NCBI GenBank assembly: GCA_009784565.1
Contig: WRBL01000001.1
Coordinates: 1 to 59,317, forward strand
Source of the DNA: Streptosporangiales bacterium
GTDB taxonomy: Bacteria; Actinomycetota; Actinomycetes; Streptosporangiales; Streptosporangiaceae
Direction: 5' to 3'
Length of the DNA stretch: 59,317 bases
Part shown: positions 1-8,908 of the stretch, in pieces
Position numbering within the stretch: the first letter of the stretch is position 1
How the letters are laid out: each line of letters starts with the position of its first letter
Program-made: the position numbers and the translations under genes
Notes under the pieces: generated by a model
The model's input: only the letters and a program-made list of their open reading frames with translations
What the model was told of the DNA's origin: nothing
The model's database searches: none

Positions 1-3
1 CCC

Positions 4-107
4 CTCCCTCCCGCGCCCGCGCCGGGACCGGCGGTGTCGCTATGGCGCCCGCGATGGGCACTGTGCGGGCGCTGCCCGGTGGTGTCGATGGGGCCTGCGC
101 TGTCGTG
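4..107 (+). repeat. Repeat family A, copy 1 (GGTGTCGCTAT-core element)
   Basis: Aligns by eye to the reverse complement of 2476-2580 with 1 gap and about 13 mismatches in ~105 nt; contains GGTGTCG twice, 48 nt apart. Confidence 0.9.
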
Positions 108-388
108 GTGAGAGGCGGTGCCCGGCCCGGGCTCGGCGGTCGACCCGCTTTCCGTCTCCGTACTGGCCGCTGCGCGGCCACCGGTGGGATACCCCCCCCG
201 GACCCCCGGCCGACGGTCTTGGCCCGCTCTGGTGCGGGGCCATGCTTCAGTCAGGGTCCGCTGTCGCGGTCGGATGACCGTAGTCCCGTTAGACGGTGCG
301 GCACGGAGACTGGGCTGGCCCAAGATGCCCGGAACGGCCAGAACAACAGCGAAAGGTTTTAAAAGGCAAATACTGCCGGGACCGCATG

Positions 389-1459
389 CTAGGACGCCTT
401 GGCGAGGGCGGAATTGCGGTCGCTGAGTTTGGTCCGCAGGAACGTCTGGACATCGGTGACGCTGGCGGGGACAGCGATGACGGGCAGCGGCGCCCGCTCC
501 ATGCCGTGTTCGATCGCCGCTTTGAGATCCTGGAGATGAACGGGCCACCCCGGCTTGATGTCCTTGGGCAAGAACTGAAGTACCCGGATACCGGCGGCCT
601 CCATACGGTTGCGCCGGGCCACGGTTGCCTCGTGGTCCTTGACGAGGATGTGATGCTCAAGTGAGTCAACCTCGGCCGCCACTCCCGCCCCCGGCCACCA
701 GGCGTCGGGAATGGCAAGGAAGGTGCCATCGGGAAGGAACAGCCTCGGGTTGTACATCGGCTCCGGGAGAACCGACCGGGTGATGCAGGTCTTGAGGTCG
801 TGCTCTCCTTCGGAGCGGACGCCCGAACTGACCTCGACAAGCGCGGCGCGCAGTAGCCCGGATCCCGCCGACGGGCCCGCGTCGAGTTCGGCTGTCAGCT
901 CGGCTACTGTGCAGCCGCCGCCCTTGTGCAGGACCTCGCTGAGCAGTGTCCGGGCATCCTCGGGTTTCAGCATCGCCCGAGTCGCGTCCGCGGCCGCGCG
1001 GACCAGGGGCGCGTACCTGATGCTCCTGATCGCACGCACGTCATCCGGCATTCGCTCCGTGCGACGGATGCGGACATAGCCGAGACCCTTCACCCGGCAC
1101 TCGGCGGGCACGAGAACCTCGACATCGTTGCCTCCGGCGCAGTTCCGGTGGTGGTACCGAACAGCGACCGGCCCGGTGATGACGGCATTCTTCCCGGCGT
1201 GCAGCAAGGCGGCCATATGCCGCTGCGCTGAGGTAACGGTTCCGGTCTCCACGGAGTAGACGCCCGGGAGGATCTTCTGCCACGCCCCGCCGGGCCTCAG
1301 CCGGTGACGTATCGCGGACTCAGTGATCCCGTACCGCACGGCCTGCTTGCGGGAGATGACGTTGAACTGACTCTCGAGCAGGTCGGAGAGCCGCTCCGGA
1401 AGCGGGTCCGCGTCCCCGTCGTGACTGCCGAGCAACATGATCTTTGTGTGGTCATTCAT
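389..1459 (-). CDS. AbiEi-like N-terminal wHTH plus C-terminal DUF559/Vsr-like endonuclease-fold protein
   Basis: N-terminal QFNVISRKQAVRYGITESAIRHRLRPGGAWQKILPGVY resembles AbiEi antitoxin N-domains; C-terminal PEPMYN...IPDAWW...AEVDSLEHH...RRNRMEAAGIRVLQF resembles DUF559. Confidence 0.75.
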   Translation of the reverse strand: MNDHTKIMLLGSHDGDADPLPERLSDLLESQFNVISRKQAVRYGITESAIRHRLRPGGAWQKILPGVYSVETGTVTSAQRHMAALLHAGKNAVITGPVAVRYHHRNCAGGNDVEVLVPAECRVKGLGYVRIRRTERMPDDVRAIRSIRYAPLVRAAADATRAMLKPEDARTLLSEVLHKGGGCTVAELTAELDAGPSAGSGLLRAALVEVSSGVRSEGEHDLKTCITRSVLPEPMYNPRLFLPDGTFLAIPDAWWPGAGVAAEVDSLEHHILVKDHEATVARRNRMEAAGIRVLQFLPKDIKPGWPVHLQDLKAAIEHGMERAPLPVIAVPASVTDVQTFLRTKLSDRNSALAKAS

Positions 1460-1467
1460 GCGAATAC

Positions 1468-1488
1468 TGTGACATCGAAGTGTGACAT
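1468..1488. promoter_or_regulatory. Direct repeat TGTGACAT-N5-TGTGACAT just upstream of the nuclease gene, candidate operator
   Basis: TGTGACAT at 1468-1475 and 1481-1488; TAGAAT (-10-like) adjacent on the minus strand. Confidence 0.45.
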
Positions 1489-1632
1489 TCTAGCCGCGTC
1501 GACGACGGGCTTGTTACAGAAAGATTTCAGTCATGTTCGTTCTGTAGGCATCCCCCTGAAGAAGGGCGAGAAAGGGCCGTCTTACTATGGCCTCGCGGGG
1601 AGTGCTCTGGGGGAGGGGGAAAGAGGTAGTAC

Positions 1633-2424
1633 GTGGGCGATCTGCTGGTCCTGTGGGACGTAGACGGAACCCTGCTGAACGCTGGTGGCGTCGGCGGTGA
1701 CCTGTACGAGACGGTGTTCGCGCAACTGTTCGGCTGTGCGCTGGAGGCGTTCGCGCCGATGGCGGGCCGGACCGACCGCGCCATCATCCTGGAAACGCTG
1801 GAGATGGCGGGGATCACGCAGCCGCGCCGGTACGTGGATCACTTCATCTGGGGGCTGAGCGAGCACGCACGGTCTATGAGCGATGCGGTGGCCGCACGGG
1901 GGCGCGCCCTTCCCGGAGCGGTGACGGCCCTGGCCGCGCTCGCGACGGCCCGGGTCCGGGAGGCGCAGCGCGTTCCGGCCGGAGTCGGCGCCCGGGGAAA
2001 ACCGGTCTCCGGGAGCTACGGCCGCCCTGGCGGAAGGCCCGGGCGGGTCCGGCAGTCCGTGCTGACGGGAAACGTTCGCAAGCTCGCCGAGGTGAAACTG
2101 GCGGCACTCGGGCTGCAGGCCGGCCTCGACCTGTGCATCGGGGCGTACGGCGACGACCACGAGGTCCGCACCGAACTCGTCCACGTGGCCCGGAGACGGG
2201 CCGCCGCAGTACACGGCCGGCTGCCCAGCGACTTCGACGGTCCTGCGACGGTCGTGGTCGGTGACACGCCGCTGGACATCGAGGCGGCACTGGCCGCGGA
2301 CGCCAGGGCCGTGGGCGTGGCCACCGGCGGCTACCGGGCGGACCAGCTGGCCGCGGCGGGTGCCCACGCCGTGCTGCCCGACCTCTCTGACACCGACCTG
2401 GTCACGGAAACGCTGCTGGCATAG
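1633..2424 (+). CDS. HAD-superfamily hydrolase
   Basis: Motif I WDVDGT, LTGN, motif IV VVVGDTPLDI. Confidence 0.88.
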   Translation: MGDLLVLWDVDGTLLNAGGVGGDLYETVFAQLFGCALEAFAPMAGRTDRAIILETLEMAGITQPRRYVDHFIWGLSEHARSMSDAVAARGRALPGAVTALAALATARVREAQRVPAGVGARGKPVSGSYGRPGGRPGRVRQSVLTGNVRKLAEVKLAALGLQAGLDLCIGAYGDDHEVRTELVHVARRRAAAVHGRLPSDFDGPATVVVGDTPLDIEAALAADARAVGVATGGYRADQLAAAGAHAVLPDLSDTDLVTETLLA

Positions 2425-2440
2425 GCAGGAGAATCGCCCC

Positions 2441-2580
2441 GCCGTCGTGGACACGGCCGCCGCCAAGACCGTGTTCACGGCAGCAAAGGTCCCAGCGACA
2501 CCACCGCCCAGCGGCCGCGCACTGCCCATCGCGGGCGCTATAGCGACACCACCGGTCCCGACGCGGGCGCGGAGAGGGAG
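2441..2580 (-). repeat. Repeat family A, copy 2, with terminal hairpin at 2441-2484
   Basis: Inverted copy of 4-107; palindromic core CGCTATAGCG; imperfect inverted repeat GCCGTCGTGGACACGG / CCGTGTTCACGGCAGC. Confidence 0.9.
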
Positions 2581-2644
2581 ACGCGGGCGCGCGGAGAGGG
2601 AGACGCGGGCGCGGGCGGCGAGGGAGGCGCGGGCGGGCGGCGAG
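2560..2644 (+). repeat. Degenerate ~20-22-bp tandem repeat (GACGCGGGCGC[GC]GGAGAGGGA)
   Basis: Two near-exact and about two decayed units directly outside repeat A copy 2. Confidence 0.75.
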
Positions 2645-2660
2645 TGTCGGTGGTCCGGCA

Positions 2661-2666
2661 TACACT
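2661..2666 (+). promoter_or_regulatory. -10 element TACACT; probable leaderless dnaG transcript
   Basis: TACACT-N6-ATG (2673) with no Shine-Dalgarno. Confidence 0.6.
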
Positions 2667-2672
2667 CGGGGC

Positions 2673-4556
2673 ATGCCGGGACGGATTCGCCAGGAGGACA
2701 TCGCGGCGGTCCGCGAGCGTTCGCCGATCGTTGACGTGGTGGGGGAGTACCTCCAGCTGAGGCCCGCCGGAGGCGGGAACCTCAAGGGGTTGTGCCCGTT
2801 TCATGATGAAAAAACACCATCTTTCAACGTAACTCCCGGAAAAGAGCTGTACCACTGCTTTTCCTGCCAGGAGGGCGGGGACGTCATCCGGTTCGTCATG
2901 GAGATGGAGGCGCTGCAGTTCGCCGAGGCGGTCGAACGGCTGGCCGCCCGGTCCGGGATCGAGCTGCGCTACGAGGGCGGCGGCTACGTGCCCGGCCAGG
3001 AACGGGGCCAGCGGCTGCGCCTGGTCGAGGCGAGCCGGGCCGCGCAGGAGTTCTACGCCGAGAAGATGATCAACGCCGCGCCGGCCCGGGAGTTCCTGGC
3101 CCAGCGCGGATTCGAACTGGCCGACGCGCAGAAGTTCGGGATGGGCTACGCGCCCGACGCCTGGGACGAGCTCACCCGGCACCTGCGGGGCCGCGGGTTC
3201 ACCGACGACGAGCTCACCAAGGCGGGGCTGGCCCGCAAGTCCAGCCGGGGCACGCTCATCGACATGTTCCGCGGCCGGATGATGTGGCCGATCCGGGACC
3301 TGTCCGGGGACACCATCGCGTTCGGCGCCCGCAAGATGAACCCCGACGACAACGGGCCCAAGTACCTGAACACGCCCGAGACCTCGCTGTTCAAGAAGGG
3401 TAACGTGCTCTACGGGGCGGACCTGGCCAAGCGCGACATCGGCCGCCAGCGCAAGGCCGTGATCGTCGAGGGCTACACCGATGTCATGGCCTGCAATCTG
3501 TCCGGGGTCACGACCGCCGTGGCCACCTGCGGCACGTCGTTCGGCGAGGAGCACGTGAAGCTCCTGCGGCGGCTGATCATGGACTCCGAGGGATCCGACG
3601 GCGAGGTGATCTTCACCTTCGACGGCGACGCCGCCGGCCAGAAGGCCGCGCTGCGCGCCTTCGCTCTGGAAGACAAGTTTGTCTCCCAGACCTACGTCGC
3701 CGTCCAGCCCGACGGCCTCGACCCCTGCGACCTGCGCCTGAAGCACGGGGAATCCGCCGTGCGCGACCTGGTCGCCCGGCGCGTGCCGCTGTTCGAGTTC
3801 GCGATCCGGCAGGTGCTGTCCAAGTACGACCTCGACACCACCGACGGGCAGCTCGCAGCCTTGGACGAGGCCGCGCCCATCGTGGCCCGGATCAAGGACC
3901 GGGGCAAGCGCGAGCGGTACGCCGTCAACCTCGACCGCTGGCTCGGCTTCATGAACGAGCGGTTCGTGCTGGGCCGGGTCCGGGAGCATGCCCGGGATAA
4001 GGGGCGCGGACGGGGAACGATGATCCGTTCGGATGAAAAGAGCCCCGGGAACGGGCCGCAGCCCGGCGCCTACCGGTACGATCGCTCCGATCCGGCCCTC
4101 CAGGCCGAGCGGGAACTCCTGAAACTGGCCGTGCAGTGGCCGGCGCTGTGCGGGCCGGAGTTCGACGCGCTGGGCGCCGAGGCGTTCACCGTCCCCGTGC
4201 ACGGATCCGTGTTCGGGCTGATCGCCGGGTGCGGCGGCGCCGCCAGCGCGGGCCGGGCCCGGGACTGGGCGGCCGCGCTGCTGGAGGCCGCCCCCGAGGA
4301 CCGGGCCCGCGCCTTCGTGAACGAACTGGCCGTCGAGCCTCTGCTCAGAGACGACGAGCCGGACGAGAAGTACGTGGCCGCGATGCTGGCCCGGGTCGCG
4401 GAACTTTCTATGGGACGGCAGATAGCCCTGCTCAAGAGCAAGATGCAACGGATGAATCCGGTTGATGAGCAAGAAATGTACGGGAAGCTTTTCGGGGAGC
4501 TCATCGGGCTCGAACAGCGCAGAAAAGCCCTGCTAGAACGTGCGACAGGCATGTAA
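2673..4556 (+). CDS. dnaG: DNA primase
   Basis: CHC2 zinc finger CPFHDEKTPSF...HCFSC, KYLNTPET, TOPRIM VEGYTDV and FDGDAAG. Confidence 0.98.
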   Translation: MPGRIRQEDIAAVRERSPIVDVVGEYLQLRPAGGGNLKGLCPFHDEKTPSFNVTPGKELYHCFSCQEGGDVIRFVMEMEALQFAEAVERLAARSGIELRYEGGGYVPGQERGQRLRLVEASRAAQEFYAEKMINAAPAREFLAQRGFELADAQKFGMGYAPDAWDELTRHLRGRGFTDDELTKAGLARKSSRGTLIDMFRGRMMWPIRDLSGDTIAFGARKMNPDDNGPKYLNTPETSLFKKGNVLYGADLAKRDIGRQRKAVIVEGYTDVMACNLSGVTTAVATCGTSFGEEHVKLLRRLIMDSEGSDGEVIFTFDGDAAGQKAALRAFALEDKFVSQTYVAVQPDGLDPCDLRLKHGESAVRDLVARRVPLFEFAIRQVLSKYDLDTTDGQLAALDEAAPIVARIKDRGKRERYAVNLDRWLGFMNERFVLGRVREHARDKGRGRGTMIRSDEKSPGNGPQPGAYRYDRSDPALQAERELLKLAVQWPALCGPEFDALGAEAFTVPVHGSVFGLIAGCGGAASAGRARDWAAALLEAAPEDRARAFVNELAVEPLLRDDEPDEKYVAAMLARVAELSMGRQIALLKSKMQRMNPVDEQEMYGKLFGELIGLEQRRKALLERATGM

Positions 4557-4655
4557 CCCCGGAGTCTTCGCCAGGTTGCCGCGAGGTTAAAGATTACTTG
4601 CAGGTAACAAAATTAGGCCTCCCGAAAACCAGGGTCCGTACCGCAGTCTGGACGG

Positions 4656-5819
4656 GTGAGCCTCACCGTAATATCAAGCGGACCATCGCTTACTGTGCAA
4701 CTAACGGACCTCGTAGCGCTCGGGCGCACGCGGGGATTCGTGACGATGGGGGACGTCACATCCGCAATCGAGCGGGCCGATCTCGGAGCAGACGCACTTG
4801 ACGGGGCTGTGCGCATGCTCGCCGAAGAGGGCATTGATGTCCTCGAGGCACCCGCCGAAGAGGAGACAACGACAAAACTGCCGGAGCCGGCCGAAGACAC
4901 CAGCAAGCGAGGCGGTACCAGTGACCTGGTACGGCTTTACCTGAGGGAAATTGGCCGGGTCCCGCTGCTCACCGCCGAGGACGAGGTCGAACTGGCCAAG
5001 TCCATCGAAGCCGGGCTGTTCGCGGAGGAGAAACTCCACGGCGCGTATCCGCTCCTGGGAGCCGAACACGGCGACCTGGAGCAGCTTTCCGCCGACGGCG
5101 TCCGGGCCAAGCAGCGCCTCATCGAGGCCAACCTGCGGCTCGTGGTGTCGATCGCGAAACGCTACATCGGCCGGGGACTGGTTTTCCTGGACCTGATCCA
5201 GGAAGGGAACCTCGGGCTGATCCGGGCCGTCGAGAAATTCGACTACACCCGCGGCTACAAGTTCTCCACCTATGCCACCTGGTGGATTCGGCAGGCCATC
5301 ACCCGGGCGATCGCCGACCAGGCGCGCACCATCCGGGTGCCGGTGCACATGGTCGAGACGATTAACAAGCTCGCCCGCGTCCAGCGCCAGCTCCACCAGG
5401 AGCTCGGGCGGGAAGCGACGAACGACGAGATCGCCGGCGAGATGGGCATCGACCCCGACCGGGTCGCCGAGATCCAGCGGATCGCCCAGGAGCCGGTGTC
5501 GCTGCAGTCCCCGATCGGCGAGGAGGAATCCGACCTCGGCGACTTCATCGAGGACTCCGATGCCGTCGTGCCGGTCGAGGCGGCCGCGTTCATCATGCTT
5601 CAGGACCAGCTGGACAAGGTCCTGTGCGAGCTGTCGGACCGGGAGCAGCGGATCATCCAGCTGCGCTTCGGCCTGACGGACGGGCACCCGCGGACGCTGG
5701 AGGAAGTGGGCCGCGAGTTCGGCGTGACGCGGGAGCGGATCCGGCAGATCGAGTCCAAGACCCTGGCCAAACTGCGGCACCCGTCCCGGGCCGTGGTCCT
5801 GAAGGAGTACCTGGACTAA
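4656..5819 (+). CDS. RpoD/HrdA-like sigma-70 factor
   Basis: Region 1.1-like N-terminus, [46 protein letters not shown], region 4 TLEEVG...TRERIRQIE. Confidence 0.96.
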   Translation: MSLTVISSGPSLTVQLTDLVALGRTRGFVTMGDVTSAIERADLGADALDGAVRMLAEEGIDVLEAPAEEETTTKLPEPAEDTSKRGGTSDLVRLYLREIGRVPLLTAEDEVELAKSIEAGLFAEEKLHGAYPLLGAEHGDLEQLSADGVRAKQRLIEANLRLVVSIAKRYIGRGLVFLDLIQEGNLGLIRAVEKFDYTRGYKFSTYATWWIRQAITRAIADQARTIRVPVHMVETINKLARVQRQLHQELGREATNDEIAGEMGIDPDRVAEIQRIAQEPVSLQSPIGEEESDLGDFIEDSDAVVPVEAAAFIMLQDQLDKVLCELSDREQRIIQLRFGLTDGHPRTLEEVGREFGVTRERIRQIESKTLAKLRHPSRAVVLKEYLD

Positions 5820-5833
5820 CACCCCGAGAAATG

Positions 5834-5878
5834 ATCGTGGCGCGGATCCCCACCCCGCTTGGGGATCCGCGCCACGAT
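5834..5878. terminator. Probable bidirectional terminator hairpin
   Basis: Perfect 19-bp stem ATCGTGGCGCGGATCCCCA / TGGGGATCCGCGCCACGAT with 7-nt loop between convergent genes. Confidence 0.85.
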
Positions 5879-5893
5879 TGTTACTGCCTGCTG

Positions 5894-6259
5894 CTACTCG
5901 GCCCGGGCGCCGTTGAACGTGGCGGCGCTGCCGTCCGCCTGGTACGGCACCTGGGTGTCGGCGCCGTCGGCCGGGTCGTCAGAACCGCCCCTGCCGGTGA
6001 ACGGCAGCTTGTCGGTGGCCGTCTTCGCCGCGCCGACTAGCTTCGGCGCCGCGGACTTCGCCAGGTCGGGCGCCTTGGCGGCCGCCGTCTTCCCCAGGTC
6101 AGCCGCCTTGGCCGTCGCCTGCTCCCGGGCGTTCTGAACCGCCGGGTGCGCCGCGGCCTTCTGGCTGAGGTTCACCAGCTGGTCGAACCGCTTCCGGCCC
6201 GCCCAGCTGCCGACGACGAAGCCGACGGCGATGCCGAACAGGAATATTGCCTTACGCAT
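5894..6259 (-). CDS. Small membrane-anchored protein, YtxH-like
   Basis: MRKAIFLFGIAVGFVVGSWAGRKRFDQL N-terminal anchor, Ala/Lys-rich tail. Confidence 0.7.
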   Translation of the reverse strand: MRKAIFLFGIAVGFVVGSWAGRKRFDQLVNLSQKAAAHPAVQNAREQATAKAADLGKTAAAKAPDLAKSAAPKLVGAAKTATDKLPFTGRGGSDDPADGADTQVPYQADGSAATFNGARAE

Positions 6260-6477
6260 TATGGGCACCCCTTCCGGTGCGCGTAGCGTGCTGCGCACCC
6301 CAATTTTCCCCGATACACGACACCCTATACATCTTGACGCCTGTCGTCACGCCCGGTCCGTGATCATGCTTCCGCCCCGATCCGGGCCCGGAAGCTTGGC
6401 TCGCGTGGGCCCAGGCACCCCTCCCGGTGCGCTACGATTGTTCTCAGCGGTGAAGGGGTACTCTTCCATGCCGCCGG

Positions 6478-6550
6478 TCCGGCGTAGCTCAGTTGGCAGA
6501 GCGTTCGGCTGTTAACCGAATTGTCGTAGGTTCGAATCCTACCGCCGGAG
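6478..6550 (+). tRNA. tRNA-Asn (GTT)
   Basis: Acceptor TCCGGCG/CGCCGGA, D arm GCTCAGTTGGCAGAGC, anticodon arm TTCGG-CTGTTAA-CCGAA, T arm GTAGGTTCGAATCCTAC; CCA not encoded. Confidence 0.98.
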
Positions 6551-6559
6551 CCCAATACG

Positions 6560-6602
6560 TAAGCCCGGTTACCTGCGAAAACGTAGGCAACCGGGCTTAT
6601 TT
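6560..6602 (+). terminator. Intrinsic terminator after tRNA-Asn
   Basis: TAAGCCCGGTTACCTGCG-AAAA-CGTAGGCAACCGGGCTTA followed by TTT. Confidence 0.8.
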
Positions 6603-6639
6603 GCATAGATCGCACCGGTAGTTCCATTACTGGTAGACG

Positions 6640-7398
6640 TCAGGCCGCGACCGCGATGAGATCGTATCTGTCGGCGGCCTGGTCATAGTCGGTGTCGACT
6701 TCCCGCAGTCCCGCGGCCTCCAGGCGTTCCCGAAGTTCGCCGATCGTGAAGGGGCGGAACGAGACCTGGTACTCGTGCGGCTCGATCCGGTCGCCGTCTT
6801 CGTGCAGGAACACGATGTGAGAGATGTGCTCCTCCTCAAGCCGGGCCGGTATCTCCCAGGCGTACAAGACGGCGCAGCGTCGTCCCGCGCGTACCCGCAC
6901 CCGGTCTCTGACCTGCACGATCCGGTGATCGGCGTGGATTTTCTCCCAGTGGCGGGAGTCGATCACCACATGGCCGCCCGGACGGGTCATCCGCCGCAGG
7001 GCCATGAGCGACTCGATCATCGCGTCCCGGCCAGCGGCATGCACCAGCGCGTTGCCCGTGCACAGCACGACGTCGAACCGCTCGTCGATCTCGGACGGAA
7101 GGTCGGCCCACAGGCAGCGCCGAAGCGGTATCTCCAGCCCCTCGCGCCGGAACCGCGCGGCCGCGGCCTCGACCATGGCCTGGTTCCCGTCAGCCGCCCG
7201 CACGGTGAAACCCCGGCGGGCCAGCGCCGCCGCGTCGACCCCTGTCCCGCAGGCCGCGTCGAGCACGGTGCTAGCCGGGTCGATCCGCCGCAGCAGGCGA
7301 GCCGGCCCGGGAGCATTGATCGCCGCGCCGCTGACCAGCACTGAATCGTCGAATAGCCAGTCGTAATCGGCGGCGAGGTCATCGTAAAGATCAGGCAT
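6640..7398 (-). CDS. Class I SAM-dependent methyltransferase (glycine/sarcosine N-methyltransferase-like)
   Basis: YDDLAADYDWL, VLDAACGTG, FDVVLCTGNAL, RPGG; start taken at MPDLYD. Confidence 0.85.
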   Translation of the reverse strand: MPDLYDDLAADYDWLFDDSVLVSGAAINAPGPARLLRRIDPASTVLDAACGTGVDAAALARRGFTVRAADGNQAMVEAAAARFRREGLEIPLRRCLWADLPSEIDERFDVVLCTGNALVHAAGRDAMIESLMALRRMTRPGGHVVIDSRHWEKIHADHRIVQVRDRVRVRAGRRCAVLYAWEIPARLEEEHISHIVFLHEDGDRIEPHEYQVSFRPFTIGELRERLEAAGLREVDTDYDQAADRYDLIAVAA

Positions 7399-7496
7399 GA
7401 ATCCATACCCTGGCAGAATTTCCCTGATCTGCCCACGGATTTTCGCCCTGGTGACCATGACCGCGAGCGCCGCCGACCCGAGGCGCCTGTCGCCCG

Positions 7497-7694
7497 TTAG
7501 GCCGAAGTCTTCAGCGTGGCCATGAACTGCCGCCACGCGCCCGGCCCCATGTCCAGGACGGCGCCGTACCGCTCCTTGGTGTCCCGTACCAGTACCGAGC
7601 CGGCGGTCCCGCCTACCTCGACGCAGTCGCTGCCGCCGGTGCCGCTGTAGGTGGACTTCCGCCATGGGTTCAGGACGTTATCCGGTCGTTCCAT
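7497..7694 (-). CDS. DUF397 protein
   Basis: Hallmark WRKSTYSG...CVEV...VRDTK...AW. Confidence 0.92.
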   Translation of the reverse strand: MERPDNVLNPWRKSTYSGTGGSDCVEVGGTAGSVLVRDTKERYGAVLDMGPGAWRQFMATLKTSA

Positions 7695-8491
7695 TGCTGA
7701 ACTGCCTCCTTGATAGCCTCCAGCGAGGCGCTGCTGGTGAGCGCCTCCGCGCGGAGCGCGTCGAACAGCACGGTCATCGCTTCCGCCGCATCCGGCGACT
7801 CGATGACCTGCCCGCCCAGGGCGGTTTCCAAGTAGACAGTATGGGGAAGTTGGTCGGCCTCGGCAATGACGAATGCGCCGTTAAGGCCGGAGTGGACCTG
7901 GTCCGGGATGACCTGGATGGTGATCCTCGGCATTCGGGCAAGCTCCAGCACGTGCTCTAGCTGGGCGGCCATGATGGCTGGACCTCCGATGTTCGCGTGG
8001 AGCACGTGCTCGGCCAGCAGCGAGATCATCCTTGGCGGCGGTGGGTCCGAGCGGAACAGTATCGCCTGACGCTCCAGGCGCGCGGCCAGCCGTTCCTTGG
8101 CGACGTCATCTTCTGTCTCCGGATGAACCTTGAGGCCCGCCAGGGCGTAGTCGCTGGTCTGATAGAGCCCGGGAAGCACCGAGTGGTGGGCCGTCTTGAT
8201 CGTTCTGGCGCCCTGCTCGTGCGGGGCGAACGGCCGGAAGCCAGCGGAGAACGGGACGCCACGCATCCGGCGCTCGGTCCGGGCGAACGTTCCGGGTGTT
8301 CCGAATGCCTGGTCCAGCAGCTCCGCCTGCTCGGGTGTCGGGGCCCGCTGGCCGGACTCGATGTTCTTGATCGTGGAGGGGCTGAAGCCGATCCGGTCGG
8401 CTACTTCGGCCACGGACCAGCCCTTCTGGGCCCGCGCGGCCTTAAGTTCGTCAGCGAACATCTCACGGTCGTTCTCGTTGTAGCTGGCCAT
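7670..8491 (-). CDS. WhiJ-like XRE HTH regulator with DUF5753 domain
   Basis: N-terminal XRE HTH, LPGLYQTSDYA, ARLERQAIL, IMAAQLEHV, FDALRAEAL; overlaps DUF397 gene. Confidence 0.92.
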   Translation of the reverse strand: MASYNENDREMFADELKAARAQKGWSVAEVADRIGFSPSTIKNIESGQRAPTPEQAELLDQAFGTPGTFARTERRMRGVPFSAGFRPFAPHEQGARTIKTAHHSVLPGLYQTSDYALAGLKVHPETEDDVAKERLAARLERQAILFRSDPPPPRMISLLAEHVLHANIGGPAIMAAQLEHVLELARMPRITIQVIPDQVHSGLNGAFVIAEADQLPHTVYLETALGGQVIESPDAAEAMTVLFDALRAEALTSSASLEAIKEAVQQWNDRITS

Positions 8492-8695
8492 GCCGGATCC
8501 CCCTGGAGTCTCGACAAACGGTGTTACGCCAGGCCGCTGGAGGTCACGCCGCTCGCCTCGTCGTCACAGTCGGCGGATGCCGGACACGGCCCACTAGTGA
8601 CCTGATGCACACGGTACGCCACTTGTCGCAGGATTGTCATGAACCAGCGGAGAGACACGACTATCTCCCGGAATGCCCGTGACAGGAGGGCGGCC

Positions 8696-8908
8696 ATGCC
8701 GATGACGGTGAAGGAACGCGACCAGTACGAGAACCTCAAGGCCGACTGGCCGGTGTACGACTGCAGCTACGACCCTGACCGTGAGCACCCGTTCCGTGCC
8801 GTGCCGCTGGCGGACCGGAATACGGAACTCGCCGCGGACAGCCCCGCCGAACTCCGGGCGCTCGTCCGCGCGGACCACGCGGCGCGTATCCAGGGGACGG
8901 GCCGGTGA
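8696..8908 (+). CDS. Small hypothetical protein (70 aa)
   Basis: SD AGGAGG before ATG 8696; stop overlaps the next GTG start. Confidence 0.7.
   Translation: MPMTVKERDQYENLKADWPVYDCSYDPDREHPFRAVPLADRNTELAADSPAELRALVRADHAARIQGTGR

Noticed and set aside
185-212. GGGATACCCCCCCCGGACCCCCGGCC as another REP-like unit
   Set aside because: Single copy in the window; cannot be supported without a genome-wide search
389-1459. Complete type IV AbiE toxin-antitoxin system
   Set aside because: No AbiEii nucleotidyltransferase gene is adjacent
1-2644. Repeat A units as a CRISPR array
   Set aside because: Only 2 units per site, spacing is irregular (48 versus 32 nt), the intervening sequence is conserved between copies and no cas genes are present
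6640-7665. 341-aa version of the methyltransferase ORF
   Set aside because: The N-terminal extension overlaps the DUF397 gene in another frame; the real start is likely 7398
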